From positions 186,001 to 250,000 of IMG/VR virus record IMGVR_UViG_3300030419_008158: DNA of 64,000 nt. One strand, written 5' to 3'. This document shows positions 26,731 to 36,775 of this stretch, piece after piece. Positions within the stretch are counted from its first letter, which is position 1, and every line of letters starts with the position of its first letter. The translations under genes and the position numbers were made by a program. Below the pieces are notes generated by a model, which saw nothing but the letters and a program-made list of their open reading frames with translations, made no database searches and had not been told where the DNA came from.

Positions 26731-27771
26731 CTAAATAGTTTCGGGCGACTCTGACCAAGAAATTGTCCAAATGTGTGGGCATGACTTTTTGAGAAAGTTT
26801 TCTATGAAGTCTTTGAATTCATTTTCGCTCTTAAAATCAATGATTTTGTCATCAACTATCAGCTTGTACACACCGACTTCACGGATGACATCCATCTTGT
26901 TAAAGATAAGCCTAGTCACACCATTTACATTTGCTGCCCTCACCAAGCTATCTAAATCCATCCAGTTACATTGACGAGGTCTTCCAGTAGTTGCACCGAA
27001 CTCCATCCCTACCTTTTGAATCTGGAGCAGCGCTGGGTGTTCACCACCAAACTTTTTTGACCCAACATATGTTTCATAAGGTTTGGCGACTCCGATAATC
27101 TGGTGAATACTTTGAGGAGGTATACCTACATTGACAGCAGCAGATACTGTACAAGTGCTCGAACTGACGTATGGGTAATCTCCCCAGTCGATGTCTAAAC
27201 CAAAGCCCTGGGCGCCTTCCATCAGAACAGCTTTTCGACGCCCACGCTGGCTCCATATCGCATCGTAGGGATCAATTAGAAACTTTGAAATTCTCTTTTC
27301 ATCGATTGCGCGCTTTCCAATTCTTGCGTGCTTGTCCCTGTAAGCAGGACCATTACCTGTCCTGGTGGTGCCGATTCTCTCTTCTTGAAGCTCTTCTTCT
27401 ACGTGTGCACTCTGCACAATATGAGCATTGCTGGCAATCTTAACAAGCCTTCTTGCTTCAATGCCTGATTCTTCGAGTTCATCTATTTCTGATAAAAATT
27501 TATCAACATCAACAACACACCCACCTCCGATGAGTGATGGTATTTCATGAAAGACACCTGCAGGGACCAAGTGTGTTACAAACTTTTTACCATTGTGAAA
27601 AATTGTATGGCCTGCATTTGACCCGCCGTTATACCTTGCTACAAGATCATAATTTCCTGTCTTTGCAAGTGTGTGTACAACTTTTCCCTTTCCACAGTCT
27701 CCGTACTGTAAATCAACAACAACATCAGCAATCGGCGGCATTATCTTCTCCAGTTTTTTATTGATTGCCAT
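26731..27771 (-). CDS. purA: adenylosuccinate synthetase (short form)
   Basis: QYGDCGKGK, GGSNAGHT, EGAQG.LDIDWGDYPYVSSS, EFGATTGRPR, NKMD. Confidence 0.93.
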   Translation of the reverse strand: MAINKKLEKIMPPIADVVVDLQYGDCGKGKVVHTLAKTGNYDLVARYNGGSNAGHTIFHNGKKFVTHLVPAGVFHEIPSLIGGGCVVDVDKFLSEIDELEESGIEARRLVKIASNAHIVQSAHVEEELQEERIGTTRTGNGPAYRDKHARIGKRAIDEKRISKFLIDPYDAIWSQRGRRKAVLMEGAQGFGLDIDWGDYPYVSSSTCTVSAAVNVGIPPQSIHQIIGVAKPYETYVGSKKFGGEHPALLQIQKVGMEFGATTGRPRQCNWMDLDSLVRAANVNGVTRLIFNKMDVIREVGVYKLIVDDKIIDFKSENEFKDFIENFLKKSCPHIWTISWSESPETI

Positions 27772-27809
27772 CTAAAGATATGAAACCGGGTTTAGATTTT
27801 CAACTAAAG

Positions 27810-28709
27810 TTAATAAATGTTTTCGTATTTACCTGAAGAGAATCTTCCGTAAAAGAAGGGAATAGCATTGTTTCCAATTCTACCATGTGTCCAGGGAAAG
27901 GGAAGCCTATAAGCTTCCACAAATCTGGAACCCTGTTTGTGCCTTTTCTTCCACCGAATATAGTTTTTCCACGGTTTACCGAATGATTGACCAAGCACCA
28001 ATATTCTAAACTTTCGATCCCGAATGCTCTTTCCTAGGCATCCGCTCCAAGATCGATCAAACCACCTGCCATAAGTTGAGTCTGAGAACACCACCGCGAC
28101 AGGCTTAGTTTCGCAGAGTCCACCATATTTTGCAGCAGATGCGATTGCGGATCCGCCTGCAGAGTGTCCTACAATAATCCTTTTGAATACAAAATTCTTA
28201 TTTTTTCTCAAAATTTGGACGACTTTTTCTTCAACTTCACTTGTATAGCTCAAGAACTCGTTCTTTTTTCTAAACACGCGTCCTTGTCTTTTCCACTGTG
28301 TAGATGTGAATTTACTCCATGGCATTTCGGCAACAACAAGAATAGCGGGCCAGCTTTGTTTTCTTACCAGCCACGAATATTGCGGTGCAAGTCGCTTCTC
28401 AAAAGTTTTCTTACTAAAGCCTGTAAGACCGTGAAACCAATAAATGATCTCAGCAGATGATGCACTTTCTAAACCATCTGGGATTATTACAATGGTGTCC
28501 CTATGACCCCTCTTGTGGCGGCGATCATTTTGCCCAGATGACTTTGTAGGCATCGATATTAAAGTAAAACAGACACGATGTTTTACTAACGCGTCTTTCA
28601 TCCATTTGATAGGTTTTGGGTTTGAATCTGGGTGAGCTATCAAATCCACTTCACACGCCACAGCCGGAGGTGTTAGAAGGATCAACAGCACTGTCAGAAT
28701 GAACCTCAT
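27810..28709 (-). CDS. secreted alpha/beta-hydrolase-fold protein
   Basis: Signal peptide; WFHG; GHSAGG nucleophile elbow. Confidence 0.65.
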   Translation of the reverse strand: MRFILTVLLILLTPPAVACEVDLIAHPDSNPKPIKWMKDALVKHRVCFTLISMPTKSSGQNDRRHKRGHRDTIVIIPDGLESASSAEIIYWFHGLTGFSKKTFEKRLAPQYSWLVRKQSWPAILVVAEMPWSKFTSTQWKRQGRVFRKKNEFLSYTSEVEEKVVQILRKNKNFVFKRIIVGHSAGGSAIASAAKYGGLCETKPVAVVFSDSTYGRWFDRSWSGCLGKSIRDRKFRILVLGQSFGKPWKNYIRWKKRHKQGSRFVEAYRLPFPWTHGRIGNNAIPFFYGRFSSGKYENIY

Positions 28710-28969
28710 GACTTCTTTTTCTTTTTCTCTCTTTTCTGTTTCTTGCTCTGACGTTCTTTCTTCTCCTTCTTCGGAGAGTCTTTCTTCTCTAGAACTTCTC
28801 GATAGTGAACAGTAAAGTTATTGGCTGCATGTCGACGGCGAACTTTCGTCTGCGTGTTTTCATTTGATGCGATCTTGTTTCGCTTAGCATCAGCTTCAGC
28901 AAAAGTATCAAATGTGCCTGCTTTTGTCCATGGCCCCATGATTTTTTGATTCTTAGGATTTTTTGTCAT
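28706..28969 (-). CDS. small basic protein
   Basis: Lys-rich C-terminus; ATGA overlap. Confidence 0.6.
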   Translation of the reverse strand: MTKNPKNQKIMGPWTKAGTFDTFAEADAKRNKIASNENTQTKVRRRHAANNFTVHYREVLEKKDSPKKEKKERQSKKQKREKKKKKS

Positions 28970-28974
28970 ATGTT

Positions 28975-29175
28975 TTACTCCAAACTTCCGGTCAACTCTT
29001 TTAGATTGTTTGTCAAATGATCTATCTTGTCAAGCAATTCTTTTATTGCAAACTGTTGATTTACTTCTGATCGTACGGATTCTGCTAGCTCGCGCTGGGC
29101 ATGTTCAAGCTTTTCTCTCAGAAGCTTATTTTCGCTTCGCAGCTCTTCGATCGTTTTCTCTCTCTCATGAGACAT
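28975..29175 (-). CDS. coiled-coil protein
   Basis: Heptad pattern. Confidence 0.6.
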   Translation of the reverse strand: MSHEREKTIEELRSENKLLREKLEHAQRELAESVRSEVNQQFAIKELLDKIDHLTNNLKELTGSLE

Positions 29176-29426
29176 TTTTTCTTTACCTCTTTTCTATCCG
29201 TATTATTAGTATCGTATCTTTTAGAACAACAGTTTACAATCTCAAATTTCCAAAATTTGTTATCGAACTCTCTTAGTACACCGTCAACAAGAAGGCTCAG
29301 AGCATACTCATTTTCTGTAGCACTCATGAACTTATCAATGTAGATACCTAAGATTTCTTTTTCGCCCGTATAGGGAAAAAATGACGTCATATTTGATTTT
29401 GCAAATATTAGGTCACCCGGTTTCAT
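29118..29426 (-). CDS. GDLV-family protein
   Basis: MKPGDLI. Confidence 0.6.
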   Translation of the reverse strand: MKPGDLIFAKSNMTSFFPYTGEKEILGIYIDKFMSATENEYALSLLVDGVLREFDNKFWKFEIVNCCSKRYDTNNTDRKEVKKKCLMRERKRSKSCEAKISF

Positions 29427-29439
29427 TTTGTTTGAGATG

Positions 29440-29649
29440 TCATTTTTTCTCAAAGTCTTTTTTACCAGCCTTTTCTACAAGTTGAACTCTTGCTTCGTGC
29501 ATCTCACCTTGACATAAAATGTGATAAGTCATCATCAGCCTATCAAATTCAATAACCATGCCGATGTAGGGCTTTTTTACTGTCGACCAGTCTTTCATGT
29601 GATCAAACTCTCCCCACTTGGCAAATCTGACTAAATCACCCGGTTTCAT
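29440..29649 (-). CDS. GDLV-family small protein
   Basis: MKPGDLV...IGMVI. Confidence 0.72.
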   Translation of the reverse strand: MKPGDLVRFAKWGEFDHMKDWSTVKKPYIGMVIEFDRLMMTYHILCQGEMHEARVQLVEKAGKKDFEKK

Positions 29650-29831
29650 TTCTTGTGCTTGAGAAGATTAATTGAACGCATCTCTGCAATTACCTGACGG
29701 CCTTCGTCAGTATCTTTTACAGGGCACAGAAGTCCATTTCCAACCACATACCACCCATCATTTCGGCGAGTTAGATGATAATCACATGCTGTATCAAACT
29801 CAATACCATCGTCAAACTTTATTTTTGACAT
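29646..29831 (-). CDS. hypothetical protein
   Basis: Overlaps both neighbours in operon fashion. Confidence 0.6.
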   Translation of the reverse strand: MSKIKFDDGIEFDTACDYHLTRRNDGWYVVGNGLLCPVKDTDEGRQVIAEMRSINLLKHKK

Positions 29832-30610
29832 TACTTGCCCCTCTTTTTTCTTCGATCTTTCTTGAGATCATCAATCATTACATTTACCTGTGAACCTTCA
29901 AGAAGAAGAGAAAAACAAGGCTTTCCTTTAGGGCTTACGAAGACCTCACTAGTCACCAAACCCAATTGACCTTTCTTGGTCTGAGCAAGAGACCCTACAG
30001 GCCAACGAGATGCAGCGTCTGCCATCTTTTCACGATCAGTTTTGCACAGACTCATCATTTTTTGTGCTGACCACTCGTCCAAAAAGTCAATATTACCTGC
30101 GAGCCATTCTGTGCACTCTCTGAGTGCTTTTGCCTTGCCCGGCTGGCCCGAAAGATAATATTGATCATACCTTCGACAAAAAGCTACACCGATTTCAATG
30201 TCTCTCTTTTCAGATTCGCTGGGAACCCATTGGCCGTAGTTGCGAATGTCATCTGCTTTCGCTTGAAGCTTTTTCCTAAAGCTTTCTTGTTTTTCGCTTA
30301 GACTCCAGCCACGAGAAAGCTTGTAAGCAAAGTCACGAAGTACCTGTGCTGATTTCTCCATTCCGGGAAGCTCAGAATCTGATAACAACTTATCGACTGC
30401 TTCTTTGTTTTGTGGTTCTGGAGGGCTAGAGACAACAGCAGAATCGTACCAGGCACGTTGTTTTGTGGTGAGAGATCGACCACCGTCAAGTCGAACAAGC
30501 ATATCTCTTACAAATCGAACATTTTTCGAATTGCCGCAATTTGCTGCTTCCCATCGACTGACCATTTCGTTGCCAAGTTCAATTCTCTTCGCTACACTCA
30601 TTCTTGCCAT
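29831..30610 (-). CDS. hypothetical protein with two L(T/S)xKQ repeats and C-terminal SH3/KOW-like module
   Basis: GRSLTTKQ, GWSLSEKQ; WPVGSLAQTKKGQLGLV; AGGAGG RBS. Confidence 0.75.
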   Translation of the reverse strand: MARMSVAKRIELGNEMVSRWEAANCGNSKNVRFVRDMLVRLDGGRSLTTKQRAWYDSAVVSSPPEPQNKEAVDKLLSDSELPGMEKSAQVLRDFAYKLSRGWSLSEKQESFRKKLQAKADDIRNYGQWVPSESEKRDIEIGVAFCRRYDQYYLSGQPGKAKALRECTEWLAGNIDFLDEWSAQKMMSLCKTDREKMADAASRWPVGSLAQTKKGQLGLVTSEVFVSPKGKPCFSLLLEGSQVNVMIDDLKKDRRKKRGK

Positions 30611-30643
30611 TCTTGCCTCCTAGCCGATTGGCCTTACATGTAT

Positions 30644-30672
30644 ATTATACCATGGGCAAGAACTACTTACAC
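30644..30672 (-). promoter_or_regulatory. GTGTAA-N17-TATAAT promoter
   Basis: Exact motif. Confidence 0.8.
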
Positions 30673-30677
30673 ATTTT

Positions 30678-30995
30678 CTATAAGCTCTTTTTCATGGGTA
30701 GAACATGAGATGGTCTGGGAGGCCTACGATCGCACTGTCTGCACTGCGTATCAGTGCACTTCTTTGAAACCCACTCGTCACACGGATCACAAAAATAAGC
30801 ATCAAAATTCGTATCGTAATGAAACCAATTTCCACAGATGTTACACGATGCTGTATAGTCAATCAATCCATTTTCCCCACGTATGTTGGGCGCTGTCTTG
30901 TGCTTCATACCACTCATCTTCATCGTGCCAAAAATCTCTCCATGAAAAATCATGGAATTCTCTAGAGTATTCATTCTCTTGACAATAAAACTCAT
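30678..30995 (-). CDS. Cys-rich zinc-binding hypothetical protein
   Basis: CxxC...CxxC..W..C....CxxC; start uncertain. Confidence 0.55.
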   Translation of the reverse strand: MSFIVKRMNTLENSMIFHGEIFGTMKMSGMKHKTAPNIRGENGLIDYTASCNICGNWFHYDTNFDAYFCDPCDEWVSKKCTDTQCRQCDRRPPRPSHVLPMKKSL

Positions 30996-31381
30996 CTTCG
31001 TCTGTGTATAACATTTTTATCGGCGCCGTGCTCGACTAAGTGTCTTAGAGTGCCTATCATAGCTACTGCAAACTGACATCTTCTTATCATCTTCTTCTGC
31101 AGTCTTTTTAATGAGATAAAAAGTATAGGCAGCTGTTGTGGCGAAAAATAACCAGATCATAATAATTCCTCTCAGGGTTAAAAGCGTATTGCCCTTTATA
31201 ATAAAAAAGAGAGCGTATGTTTACAATTCGCTATCAACATCATCCAAAGGTTCAGAACAAACTACACCCGGTGTTGGTGAAGAAAGCGACTCCAGAACCC
31301 AATATCCAAACTTCCTAAGATTTTCTTTGATGCTTTCTATCAAAAGTATCATTTCCTCGACATCTTCCCTGGTCTTGTACA

Positions 31382-31732
31382 TTAAAGCTCTTCAATTCTC
31401 TTTGCTTTATCATCAATCAATAAATCAAAGTGAGGCTTTGGATTTGGGCTGGTTCCAGTTACAAGTTCGTGGTATTTGCAACCCCATTCTGCAAGCTGCT
31501 TGGATGTGTGATGGGCATAATCTTTGCCTGACACAGAACCTCTCGCAGTCCAATATACTATTTTCCAACCCTCGTCATAAAGATTGTTGATTTTTTCAAT
31601 ATTCTTTTGGTTGGGTTCAGAAAGATCGTACCTTCTCTCACCGGAATAAAAGCAAATTGTCTCATCAATGTCGACCAGGGCTACCTTTTGTTTTCCTTCG
31701 TCGGAAAACCTTTTTGACTCATGAAACTTCAT
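31382..31732 (-). CDS. short HAD-superfamily phosphatase
   Basis: VDIDETI, YWTARG, KP..D..IDDK. Confidence 0.8.
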   Translation of the reverse strand: MKFHESKRFSDEGKQKVALVDIDETICFYSGERRYDLSEPNQKNIEKINNLYDEGWKIVYWTARGSVSGKDYAHHTSKQLAEWGCKYHELVTGTSPNPKPHFDLLIDDKAKRIEEL

Positions 31733-31805
31733 AAAACACCTCTGTATGTTTTTCCTCTGTATGATTGCATTTTATGACACAGAAGTAAAAAATTCACCCA
31801 ATTGT

Positions 31806-32105
31806 CTAGTCATCCATCATTTTTTCCAGCCCTAAAACTGATCTTGCCATGCTAAAAGAGTAGTATAACTGTGTAAACATATCCCAAGCATACTCAACTT
31901 TCACTGGTCGTATAGATTTTGTGCGCCAATATTCAGGATCGACTTCAGAAATTGCATCCTCAGCTTCACACAAGTTATTTGCCTTGATGAACTGTACATG
32001 GCTTTTGAACTCCCTATTTGAAGTTTTCTCATAAAGTTCGAAAATTTTTCCTTCAAGCTCTTCATCCTTTTCAAAAAGATCAATTTGAATTCCCAAACTA
32101 TTCAT
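31806..32105 (-). CDS. hypothetical protein
   Basis: AGGAGGT RBS. Confidence 0.65.
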   Translation of the reverse strand: MNSLGIQIDLFEKDEELEGKIFELYEKTSNREFKSHVQFIKANNLCEAEDAISEVDPEYWRTKSIRPVKVEYAWDMFTQLYYSFSMARSVLGLEKMMDD

Positions 32106-32108
32106 ATC

Positions 32109-32345
32109 TTACCTCCTGTCGCTCAGATTTTTCTTTTTTCGGCTTGCAAACTTTTTTCCATCTGCTGACATGCACACGTCTGCATGATTTTTACGCTTGA
32201 CGCAGACGTTATAGATATCATCATCATCTTTAATCTTCTGGCACAGTATTTTTGGGTACCACGTTGCCCAAAATGCTATCCCTAAAACAGAAAAACCCAT
32301 AAGTAAAAATGTTACTATTATTATTTCTATAATACTCATTCCCAA
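32109..32345 (-). CDS. small membrane protein
   Basis: N-terminal TM. Confidence 0.55.
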   Translation of the reverse strand: MGMSIIEIIIVTFLLMGFSVLGIAFWATWYPKILCQKIKDDDDIYNVCVKRKNHADVCMSADGKKFASRKKKNLSDRR

Positions 32346-32386
32346 CCTCTCAAGGTGAATTATTTGTGTGTCGTAAGCAGAGGAAC

Positions 32387-32653
32387 CTAAACATAATATG
32401 GATTAACTCCGGCACTGTGTTGGGTTGCGTCTTGAATCTCTTTAATTTCTGAGAACTCTTCTTTTAACATACTGTCGACTGCGTACATCATAGTTTGCTT
32501 TGCGCCGGCGCATCCTTGGCATCCTCCGCCTAATATCACATAAAGAATGCCTGTCTCAGCGTCAAACTCTCGGGCAGTCAAAGATCCTCCATGCATTGCT
32601 AAGCCTGGATTTACATTTTCATTTATGAATTCTTGTATCGTCTCTTTATTCAT
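32387..32653 (-). CDS. NifU C-terminal (NfuA-type) Fe-S carrier domain protein
   Basis: VNPGLAMHGG, LGGGCQGC. Confidence 0.88.
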   Translation of the reverse strand: MNKETIQEFINENVNPGLAMHGGSLTAREFDAETGILYVILGGGCQGCAGAKQTMMYAVDSMLKEEFSEIKEIQDATQHSAGVNPYYV

Positions 32654-32654
32654 A

Positions 32655-32990
32655 CTAAAACCCTACTGACTCTCCGCAACCACATGATCTTGTTGCCTTA
32701 GGAGAGTTGAAGGTAAACCCAGAAGACATTATCGTCTCTTCGTAGTCAACCTCTGTACCCATTAAGAATAGATATGATTTTTTGTCACACAAGACACGAA
32801 GACCAGGTTTTTCAATTATGTGATATAGACTTTCGTCTTCAGGGGGTTCAATGAAATCTATTTGATACTTGAAGCCGGAACAACCTCCTCCTTGAAGGCC
32901 TATGTGCAACGGCCAATCGTTAGGTTTATCCATTCGTGATCTTATTTCTTTCGCCTTCTGGATTGCTTTATCTGTTATCGTCAATTTCAT
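32655..32990 (-). CDS. iscA: A-type Fe-S carrier (IscA/HesB family)
   Basis: GGGCSGFKY, SCGCGES. Confidence 0.9.
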   Translation of the reverse strand: MKLTITDKAIQKAKEIRSRMDKPNDWPLHIGLQGGGCSGFKYQIDFIEPPEDESLYHIIEKPGLRVLCDKKSYLFLMGTEVDYEETIMSSGFTFNSPKATRSCGCGESVGF

Positions 32991-35023
32991 TTAGGGCTCC
33001 ATAGTTTGTTACGGTCAGTGTCGTAGATCGGAACACCAAGGTCTAGTGAAGCCAACATAATCTTCTTCACTACACCTGCCGAGAAATAATCAATGTCTTT
33101 AGCTGTGTTGCCACTAGGCGGGCTCTGACCGCCAGAAATTAGTTTTTCTGCTGTTTTGAGAATAGCGTCTGTAACATCATCCTTTGCAACGATAACCCCT
33201 CTAGGTCTCCAGTTATCCACCAGGGCCTCATTATTCGACCACTCTGCACCTACCGGGTTCCACGTTGACTGGTCTAAAACGTATGGGATACCATCTCTTG
33301 CCATCTTCTCCATATATTCGTTTCCGCGCTGGAGCTGGCCGTATCGGCTGTAATCTTTTGACACAGAGGGTCGTTTGTTTCTGCCAGAAGACCGATCTCT
33401 CTGTGCAATAGCCTCCTCGTCACCTTCTGGCCCTACACCATAATCCCCGTAAAACCCTGAATACATTTTGTCTTGATCGTTTGTTGCCAGCGTTATTCGA
33501 CCTTTGATCCACAGCCCGTATGGGAGACCGGCTGCTGGCTCAAAGCTATCACCAGGGAGAGTCATTGTGGTAGAAAGCTCGTCCTTGCCTCTTCCTTTCA
33601 TGTTCTCAATGCCATAGAAATCATCAGTCCAGTGGACAGTGTCTAGGGTGCTAAGAAATTGGTGGTCTGCATTCTTGTTGAATGCGCGCTTGATATCTCT
33701 GCCAGCCTCTTTGCCGATTTGCCCACCGAAGAACTGATCGCCGAACTTATCCGATGCGGCAAGGTCATGCACGAAGCCCATGGGGTCTTCCTTGAGAAGC
33801 TGTCTCACGTATTTTCTTAAAACGTTTTCTTTCATAGCATCCTTCTTTAGCCTAATCTCTACGTCGCTCCTCCCGAAGATCCCGTCTCCGCCAAGCGCGC
33901 TTGTTATTTTGTAACCTAGAGACTCAATGCTGGCGACATCTTCTGGAAATTGTTGGGCGAACTCTTCGACTCCCATGACCGTCTTTTCAGGCATGAGACC
34001 GGTGCCGAATATTAGTTCCTCAACGCCCTCTTCCCTGTAGCTTTCGTCGAAGTTCCTAAACTCTCCACCCATAGCCTTGATGAGATCGATGAGAGGCCCA
34101 TGATCAGCATACATTTCCTTTTCGGCTTGTTTTCTTGCGCGGTCGAGGCCTCGGTGTTCGACCTCGAAGATATTGAACATTGCCACCTTTCCCTTGAGTG
34201 GGTCAAGCACTGTGTCAAACATGTCTTTGAACTTCTTTTCGTATTGCTGTGCCCTTTGGTCGTGCTTAGACCCGGGATTTAATTCGATGATATCACCGTT
34301 TTTCATGTTAAGTTGTTCTGGAACGCCGAGAACCAAGCTTCCATCGTTCTTTAGGTAGTCAGCAAAGATGTCGCCAAATAGATCAAAGTCACCACTGGGT
34401 AGTTCGATACCCGGAAACAGCTCACTCAGCAAGACGTCTGGGTTTGAGACACCAAGTCTGCGACCAGTTTTCTTCATTGAATCTCTAACATGTTCGGCTT
34501 CCATGGTTCCACCACCATGAGACAGCCAGACCAGTTCCATCATATACTCTTTTATAAGAGTTGTGAATGGGTCTTTAGCGCTGAATGATTTCGCATCACT
34601 ATTCTCAAGCATGTGGTGTAGATCATGCGCCAGATAGTGAGGGTTAACGTCAGCTATGAATGTATCTCCACCGGCAGGAACTTCAAAAGACTTAGGGTAG
34701 ACGTAAAGAAGATTGATTCCGTCTGGATCCATCTCCTTCTGTATTTTCGGGTATAGCTTTCCGATGTTTGAAATGTCAGTAAGGGCAACTTGTCCTCTAC
34801 TCTTGAACCCTGATACTTTACCCTGTATTTCATTTGGCAGTCTATGCGCCCAGCTGAGGTCGTCTGTGTGTGCGACATAGATGTTGACGCTCTGTGGGAT
34901 TGCTTTGAAGTAGTCAGCAACCTCTTCGCGGACCATTACATCGTCGTCATCCTGCTTGAGATATTCAAAGTCGTCTAGAGGGACTTCCATGAGAAGGTCT
35001 CTTATGTATTCGTGTAGTAACAT
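32987..35023 (-). CDS. leader-family B multidomain protein; C-terminal domain paralogous to 40915..41730
   Basis: MLLHEYIRDLLME leader; internal MKENVLRKYVRQLLKE; HDLHH. Confidence 0.8.
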   Translation of the reverse strand: MLLHEYIRDLLMEVPLDDFEYLKQDDDDVMVREEVADYFKAIPQSVNIYVAHTDDLSWAHRLPNEIQGKVSGFKSRGQVALTDISNIGKLYPKIQKEMDPDGINLLYVYPKSFEVPAGGDTFIADVNPHYLAHDLHHMLENSDAKSFSAKDPFTTLIKEYMMELVWLSHGGGTMEAEHVRDSMKKTGRRLGVSNPDVLLSELFPGIELPSGDFDLFGDIFADYLKNDGSLVLGVPEQLNMKNGDIIELNPGSKHDQRAQQYEKKFKDMFDTVLDPLKGKVAMFNIFEVEHRGLDRARKQAEKEMYADHGPLIDLIKAMGGEFRNFDESYREEGVEELIFGTGLMPEKTVMGVEEFAQQFPEDVASIESLGYKITSALGGDGIFGRSDVEIRLKKDAMKENVLRKYVRQLLKEDPMGFVHDLAASDKFGDQFFGGQIGKEAGRDIKRAFNKNADHQFLSTLDTVHWTDDFYGIENMKGRGKDELSTTMTLPGDSFEPAAGLPYGLWIKGRITLATNDQDKMYSGFYGDYGVGPEGDEEAIAQRDRSSGRNKRPSVSKDYSRYGQLQRGNEYMEKMARDGIPYVLDQSTWNPVGAEWSNNEALVDNWRPRGVIVAKDDVTDAILKTAEKLISGGQSPPSGNTAKDIDYFSAGVVKKIMLASLDLGVPIYDTDRNKLWSPK

Positions 35024-35024
35024 C

Positions 35025-36182
35025 TTATAATCCTATAAAGATAACGTCGCCTGACGAGTTGTACTCTCTTGCCAAGGACGCCCAGACTCGCTTAGCTTCT
35101 GGTGAAGTTCCTGACCCTATTGTGCAGTGATGTGCTCCAATAAACACACCACCCGATGATCTAGAGTATTCTACTGCCTTGTCAATAAAGGCTTTGTAGA
35201 TTTGCTTACCGTATCCCTTGCCTCTGTTTTCAGGGTTGTTGATCCAGGCATTGTCAACATCATAGAATTTTGGTCGGAATACCGCTTGTCCTATCTCTAC
35301 TTCTTCGTACTGACCAGTTTCTTCGTTTTTAACAATGTCGGTTCTTGGTTTTGCGTTCGCTACATACTTCTTTTCTGCATCGAGATATTCAGGTGTCTTC
35401 ATTAGAGCGTCAACATCTGATTGGCACTCTTTGAATCCAAGGTTTGACCCTCCTTGAGCATATCCGATGTTAGGTAGATCAACACGAAAGTAGTAGCTGT
35501 CACCTCTGTGCTTGAACGTAGCAGCCTCTGTCAAGGTTGCTGTGTATCTACTGTCACCTTCATATATGAACTGATCTACGTGATTAAAGCTTAAACCTTG
35601 AGCTGCGCCAAGAATTTCAACTTCAGCCATGCATTCGTTTCTGGCACCACCTGCAAGATCTGAACCACTCCAGCTGGGTAATTCATCTTCTAAATCAGGA
35701 ATCCAAAACCCGTAATCCTCAAGATCGTCAATCAAAAGCTCACTTACACCAATTGATTCAATGTCTTCTTCTTCTAGATCTCGAATGTCTCTAATGTCGT
35801 TGTCGATCATGTGCTTGACAATCTTTACGATTGACGCGCGGTCAAAACAAACACTCGAGTCCATAACGTCTCTGAAAAATCCGTATCCTTTGTCGAAGAA
35901 GGTCGACTTGGAAAGCAAATCATCGAACAGCTCTTCATCGTAGTCCAGCTTTTCGAAGTAGAAGTTCTTCAGTGCAGATTCTGAAACCATGCCGAGAGTA
36001 TCTTCACCGTTGAACAAGAATAGTACCCTGGAATAATCTTCTGCTGCAGTTCTTAACATATCACCGATATCGAACGATGTGCCGCTTTCGTATTCTGGCT
36101 GGATGTCAACTACGACAAGACTACCCTTTGATCCTTGCTCTTGCTCGAGTAAAACCCTTATATATTCACGCAGCAGCTTCAT
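35025..36182 (-). CDS. leader-family B protein: isochorismatase-like N-domain plus GNAT-like C-domain
   Basis: MKLLREYIRVLLE; LVVVDIQ...GGARNEC; ENRGKGYGKQIY...SPEAKRVW. Confidence 0.65.
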   Translation of the reverse strand: MKLLREYIRVLLEQEQGSKGSLVVVDIQPEYESGTSFDIGDMLRTAAEDYSRVLFLFNGEDTLGMVSESALKNFYFEKLDYDEELFDDLLSKSTFFDKGYGFFRDVMDSSVCFDRASIVKIVKHMIDNDIRDIRDLEEEDIESIGVSELLIDDLEDYGFWIPDLEDELPSWSGSDLAGGARNECMAEVEILGAAQGLSFNHVDQFIYEGDSRYTATLTEAATFKHRGDSYYFRVDLPNIGYAQGGSNLGFKECQSDVDALMKTPEYLDAEKKYVANAKPRTDIVKNEETGQYEEVEIGQAVFRPKFYDVDNAWINNPENRGKGYGKQIYKAFIDKAVEYSRSSGGVFIGAHHCTIGSGTSPEAKRVWASLAREYNSSGDVIFIGL

Positions 36183-36775
36183 GATATCACCAGCTTTCCT
36201 GCAGCCTCAAGCGCACTCATTGTTGTGGGTGGCTTTGTGTATCTCTTGCTAAGGGGTGATCCCTGAAAGTCAACGACCTTTGGCATACCTGCGCTGCTTC
36301 GTCCGACTGTGGATGCATGTTGCTCGCAGTTATCTTCTTCTTCCGGTGTAATGGTGTTTTGCAAGTCATCAAGCTGGACGCTTTGTACGTCACTACGGTT
36401 TGACAGATAATAATCCCAGACTTCTCTTGCGGACGGTGAGACGTGATCACGATCGGAGACTAAGCCCCCACCGTTTTGAGTCGCCCATTCCATCATTACA
36501 TCATATAGCATAGGGCCCCAGCCCTGGGAGGCATGTGATATTACAACTTCCCAGGCACCGCCGCACGGATGAGCAGGCTTCCTGACAGCTATTTTTCCAC
36601 CGATTGGAGCTGTCGAATGAATATAGGTTCCGTAGTCAGGGTTTTTCACAACATAGCGAACTACAGCATGATCACCCTTGTTTAGGACCTCTACAAACAC
36701 GTCTTCTGGTAAATCAGCAGGCCCTTTAGCAGCCTCGGTCAGCAGTTCTCTTATGTACTCGCGGAGTAGGTTCAT
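36179..36775 (-). CDS. leader-family B protein, GNAT-like
   Basis: MNLLREYIRELLTE; QGWGPMLYD...SD..VSPSAREVW. Confidence 0.62.
   Translation of the reverse strand: MNLLREYIRELLTEAAKGPADLPEDVFVEVLNKGDHAVVRYVVKNPDYGTYIHSTAPIGGKIAVRKPAHPCGGAWEVVISHASQGWGPMLYDVMMEWATQNGGGLVSDRDHVSPSAREVWDYYLSNRSDVQSVQLDDLQNTITPEEEDNCEQHASTVGRSSAGMPKVVDFQGSPLSKRYTKPPTTMSALEAAGKLVIS

Noticed and set aside
26731-27771. PurZ (2-aminoadenine DNA pathway), suggested by short length, VDLQYG start and a nearby possible pyrophosphohydrolase
   Set aside because: It keeps the PurA catalytic Asp (GDCGKG, not GSTGKG), the TTGRxR loop and the GTP-type NKxD motif
12941-30610. Diversity-generating retroelement as the source of mini-gene variability
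   Set aside because: No reverse transcriptase and no near-identical template/variable repeat pair differing at adenines was seen
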